64,000 nucleotides of DNA. Source: Gekko japonicus (Eukaryota). The stretch spans positions 1 through 64,000 of the forward strand of contig NW_015174867.1 of NCBI RefSeq assembly GCF_001447785.1. The letters are read 5' to 3'. The notes below the pieces were generated by a model that worked only from the letters and a program-made list of their open reading frames with translations, searched no databases and had not been told where the DNA came from. Position 1 is the stretch's first letter. Every line of letters starts with the position of its first letter. Shown piece by piece: positions 61,755-64,000 of the stretch. The position numbers and the translations under genes are program-made.

Positions 61755-63360
61755 TTTTCACCAAGGTGAATATAAAGCAAGGGTGTTTGCTGACACCTCC
61801 TCTTCCCCCTCCCCCATCCAAAAATAATGTTGCGGCAAAGCTGAATATACCTCTATCAAGTATTTATTAATGGCACACTTGACAAACTCTCATAGACATA
61901 CAGGTTTGATACTGTTTATGCTGTAGGTAGTGAACTAAATGAGGAATGGTCATAAATCTTCTCAGTCCTCAATTTGCTTAAATCCTAAACTTAGCTAAAG
62001 GTACCATTTTTACTAAAATTGTCTAATTCACTCAAATTTCACTAATACAGACCATAGAACATAAGGCTGGAAAAGGCAAGGCACAGGTCGTAACTTCTAC
62101 AGTTTCAACATGTCTCTTTAAATTATACTTCATTTTTTAAAACAGAGCAATACCTAACCACTCCCATGTAAAAAGCAGCTCTCCCCAACCCCCACCTTGG
62201 TGCATGAACTAAGCTAAAGGACACACTCCAGCAAAGAAACTATTACATGTATATATTACAAACACTACAAGCAATAGGAATCCATGCTGTTTTTATGCAA
62301 GTCATAATGAAGGGAAGCCAGTAATATCTAAGAGAGAGAGTAACGGCTGGTTTTGCCTTTGATTTTCACCACCAAATTTGACCTTTTTTATGTGAACAAT
62401 GTGTTTCTGAATCTGGAGTCCATATATGTTCTCAACACCTTTGCAGGATTTGGAAAAGAGTGGGAGGGGCAAACTGCTCATTTCTGCTGCTGCAGTAAGG
62501 ATTGAATCTGTATATAACAACCTTACACATGCATATGCACTTCTGAATGATCTAGAAAAGTGCTTAAGAAAGACTGCAGCTGTCTCTACAAGACACATGC
62601 AGCCTCAGTTAATCTAATCTACCATACAGTGATGCTTTGCTAGCTATACTGCAGGTCACAGAGGCTAAAAGCTCACTGAAAATGCAGACCATAAGCCTAT
62701 TTTTACAAAATCATTGGTGTTTTACATTTAGCATCTCTTACTAATTTAGATGATTCCATTTTGTGTTATTGTAATCATGTGTCCTTTATTTTTTGACCCA
62801 TATACAATAAACTACTTCCAGGAGCATTCAAAATTATGGTGAGATGTAGATTGAAGCAGTAGTTCTTAAACTGACTCTAGATGCAGCTGATGGTGTTATA
62901 TGCATCTCCTTTGAACAATGGTTTTCTTAACTACAAATCCTTTCCAACATACAATCTACAAACTGAGGGAACCCTGCCCCTGTCCTGGACTCTCCAGGTG
63001 TAGGATGGTGGGCAAGGCCACCAATGTTGTACCGGTTTACTTCTTCCCATACTCTATGTTTCTGCTGCCTTTTTGCCCCAGACCCATATTCTACCTTCAT
63101 GCCTCAGGGGACACATCAGACTAACCTGGTGGTTTTTGAAATCATAGTGCTACATGAAACAATTAATCACAACACATCCATAGAACACTTCAGCAGTGAA
63201 TTCCACTAGAAAAAGTAGCCACAGCATGAGGGAAAGTCTGGAAGTTGCTTCTCTTACTGCATGTTCTGGCTCCCTGAGAATTCATATTCCAACACTGAAT
63301 CAAAGCAACCCACAGGTATCCTCTTGGTCAGCTAGAACAAGCAAACTAACTGACTGAATT

Positions 63361-63550
63361 AGAACAAAATTTAAGTCCAGAGCCACCTCTAAGACCCAAC
63401 AAAATTTACTTCTGGGTTTAAGCTTTTGTGTGCATGAAATGTGCATGCACATGAAAGCTTATACCCAGAATTAAACTCCGTTGGTCCTAAAAGTACCACT
63501 GGACTCAAAACTTTGTTCTATTCCTTCAAACCAACACAGCTACCCACCTG
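63361..63550. mobile_element. Penelope-derived inverted pseudo-LTR remnant
   Basis: Long imperfect palindrome (AGAACAAAA...AAGCTTTTGTG / ATGAAAGCTT...TTTGTTCT) ending CAACACAGCTACCCACCTG. Confidence 0.65.
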
Positions 63551-64000
63551 AATTCAGTAGACTGCATGCTACTCGTAGGGCTAGTAGAGAAGAATTTTGT
63601 TAGAACAATCACTGTGTCTTACACAGGACAAGGAGAAAAGGCATTCATGCTTTTAAAAAGCACAAAGCAATAAGAGAGAAACATAATAGGATCATATAAT
63701 ATACATATCTGACCAATTTCTTTTAGAACTGTGATTTTGCTAGGGCACACTACACTAATGCTAAAATAGTTATATTACAATTACAGGCAAAAGTTGCTTC
63801 CATCATTTTACATTTTCCTAGCTAGAACAGGAAAGAAACAGGTGAGACTCAAGAAGATCAAGCCCACATCTCATGGGATTCCTTTCTATGCTTAAATAAA
63901 TAAGCAGAATCTACTGCTGGTTCGAAGTATCAGGATGTGCAAATACACTTCTGCCAAATCTACTAAGGCCAGGAGGATCCTTCGTTGATCATTGCAAGAT

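Noticed and set aside
41000-64000. BTBD7 coding exons expected from synteny
   Set aside because: No ORF resembling the long BTBD7 last coding exon is present, so no BTBD7 CDS is called.

Overview
Vertebrate genomic DNA from a squamate reptile, probably a gecko given the Squam3-like, Sauria, tRNA- and 5S-derived SINEs, L2/CR1/L1 LINEs, hAT MITEs and Penelope remnants. It is a short-read-style assembly with three N gaps (7132-7188, 23264-23295, 38687-38752). The left 38 kb holds the conserved LYSET(TMEM251, +) / GON7(-) / UBR7(+) block. UBR7 is complete (11 coding exons, 1233 nt, 410 aa, one GC-AG intron), and GON7 and UBR7 share a bidirectional CpG promoter. No BTBD7 coding exon, the usual neighbour, is visible to the right. 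Instead there is an orphan minus-strand 3'-UTR-like end (about 41240-42138) and, at 60.4-61.8 kb, the internal promoter and first exons of RAPGEF2 (MKPLAIPANHGVMGQQEKHS) pointing into UBR7 with no downstream RAPGEF2 exon found. This is either a synteny break/duplication or a mis-join. Other highlights: a TSD-flanked hAT-type non-autonomous transposon carrying an in-frame fragment of PCSK5 exon 1 (Pack-type gene capture); an ORF1-only, HAL1-like L1 retrocopy with a perfect 17-bp TSD; and Penelope-derived minimal hammerhead ribozyme motifs, one with an intact core. Gene identities are from recalled vertebrate protein sequences, not from database searches.
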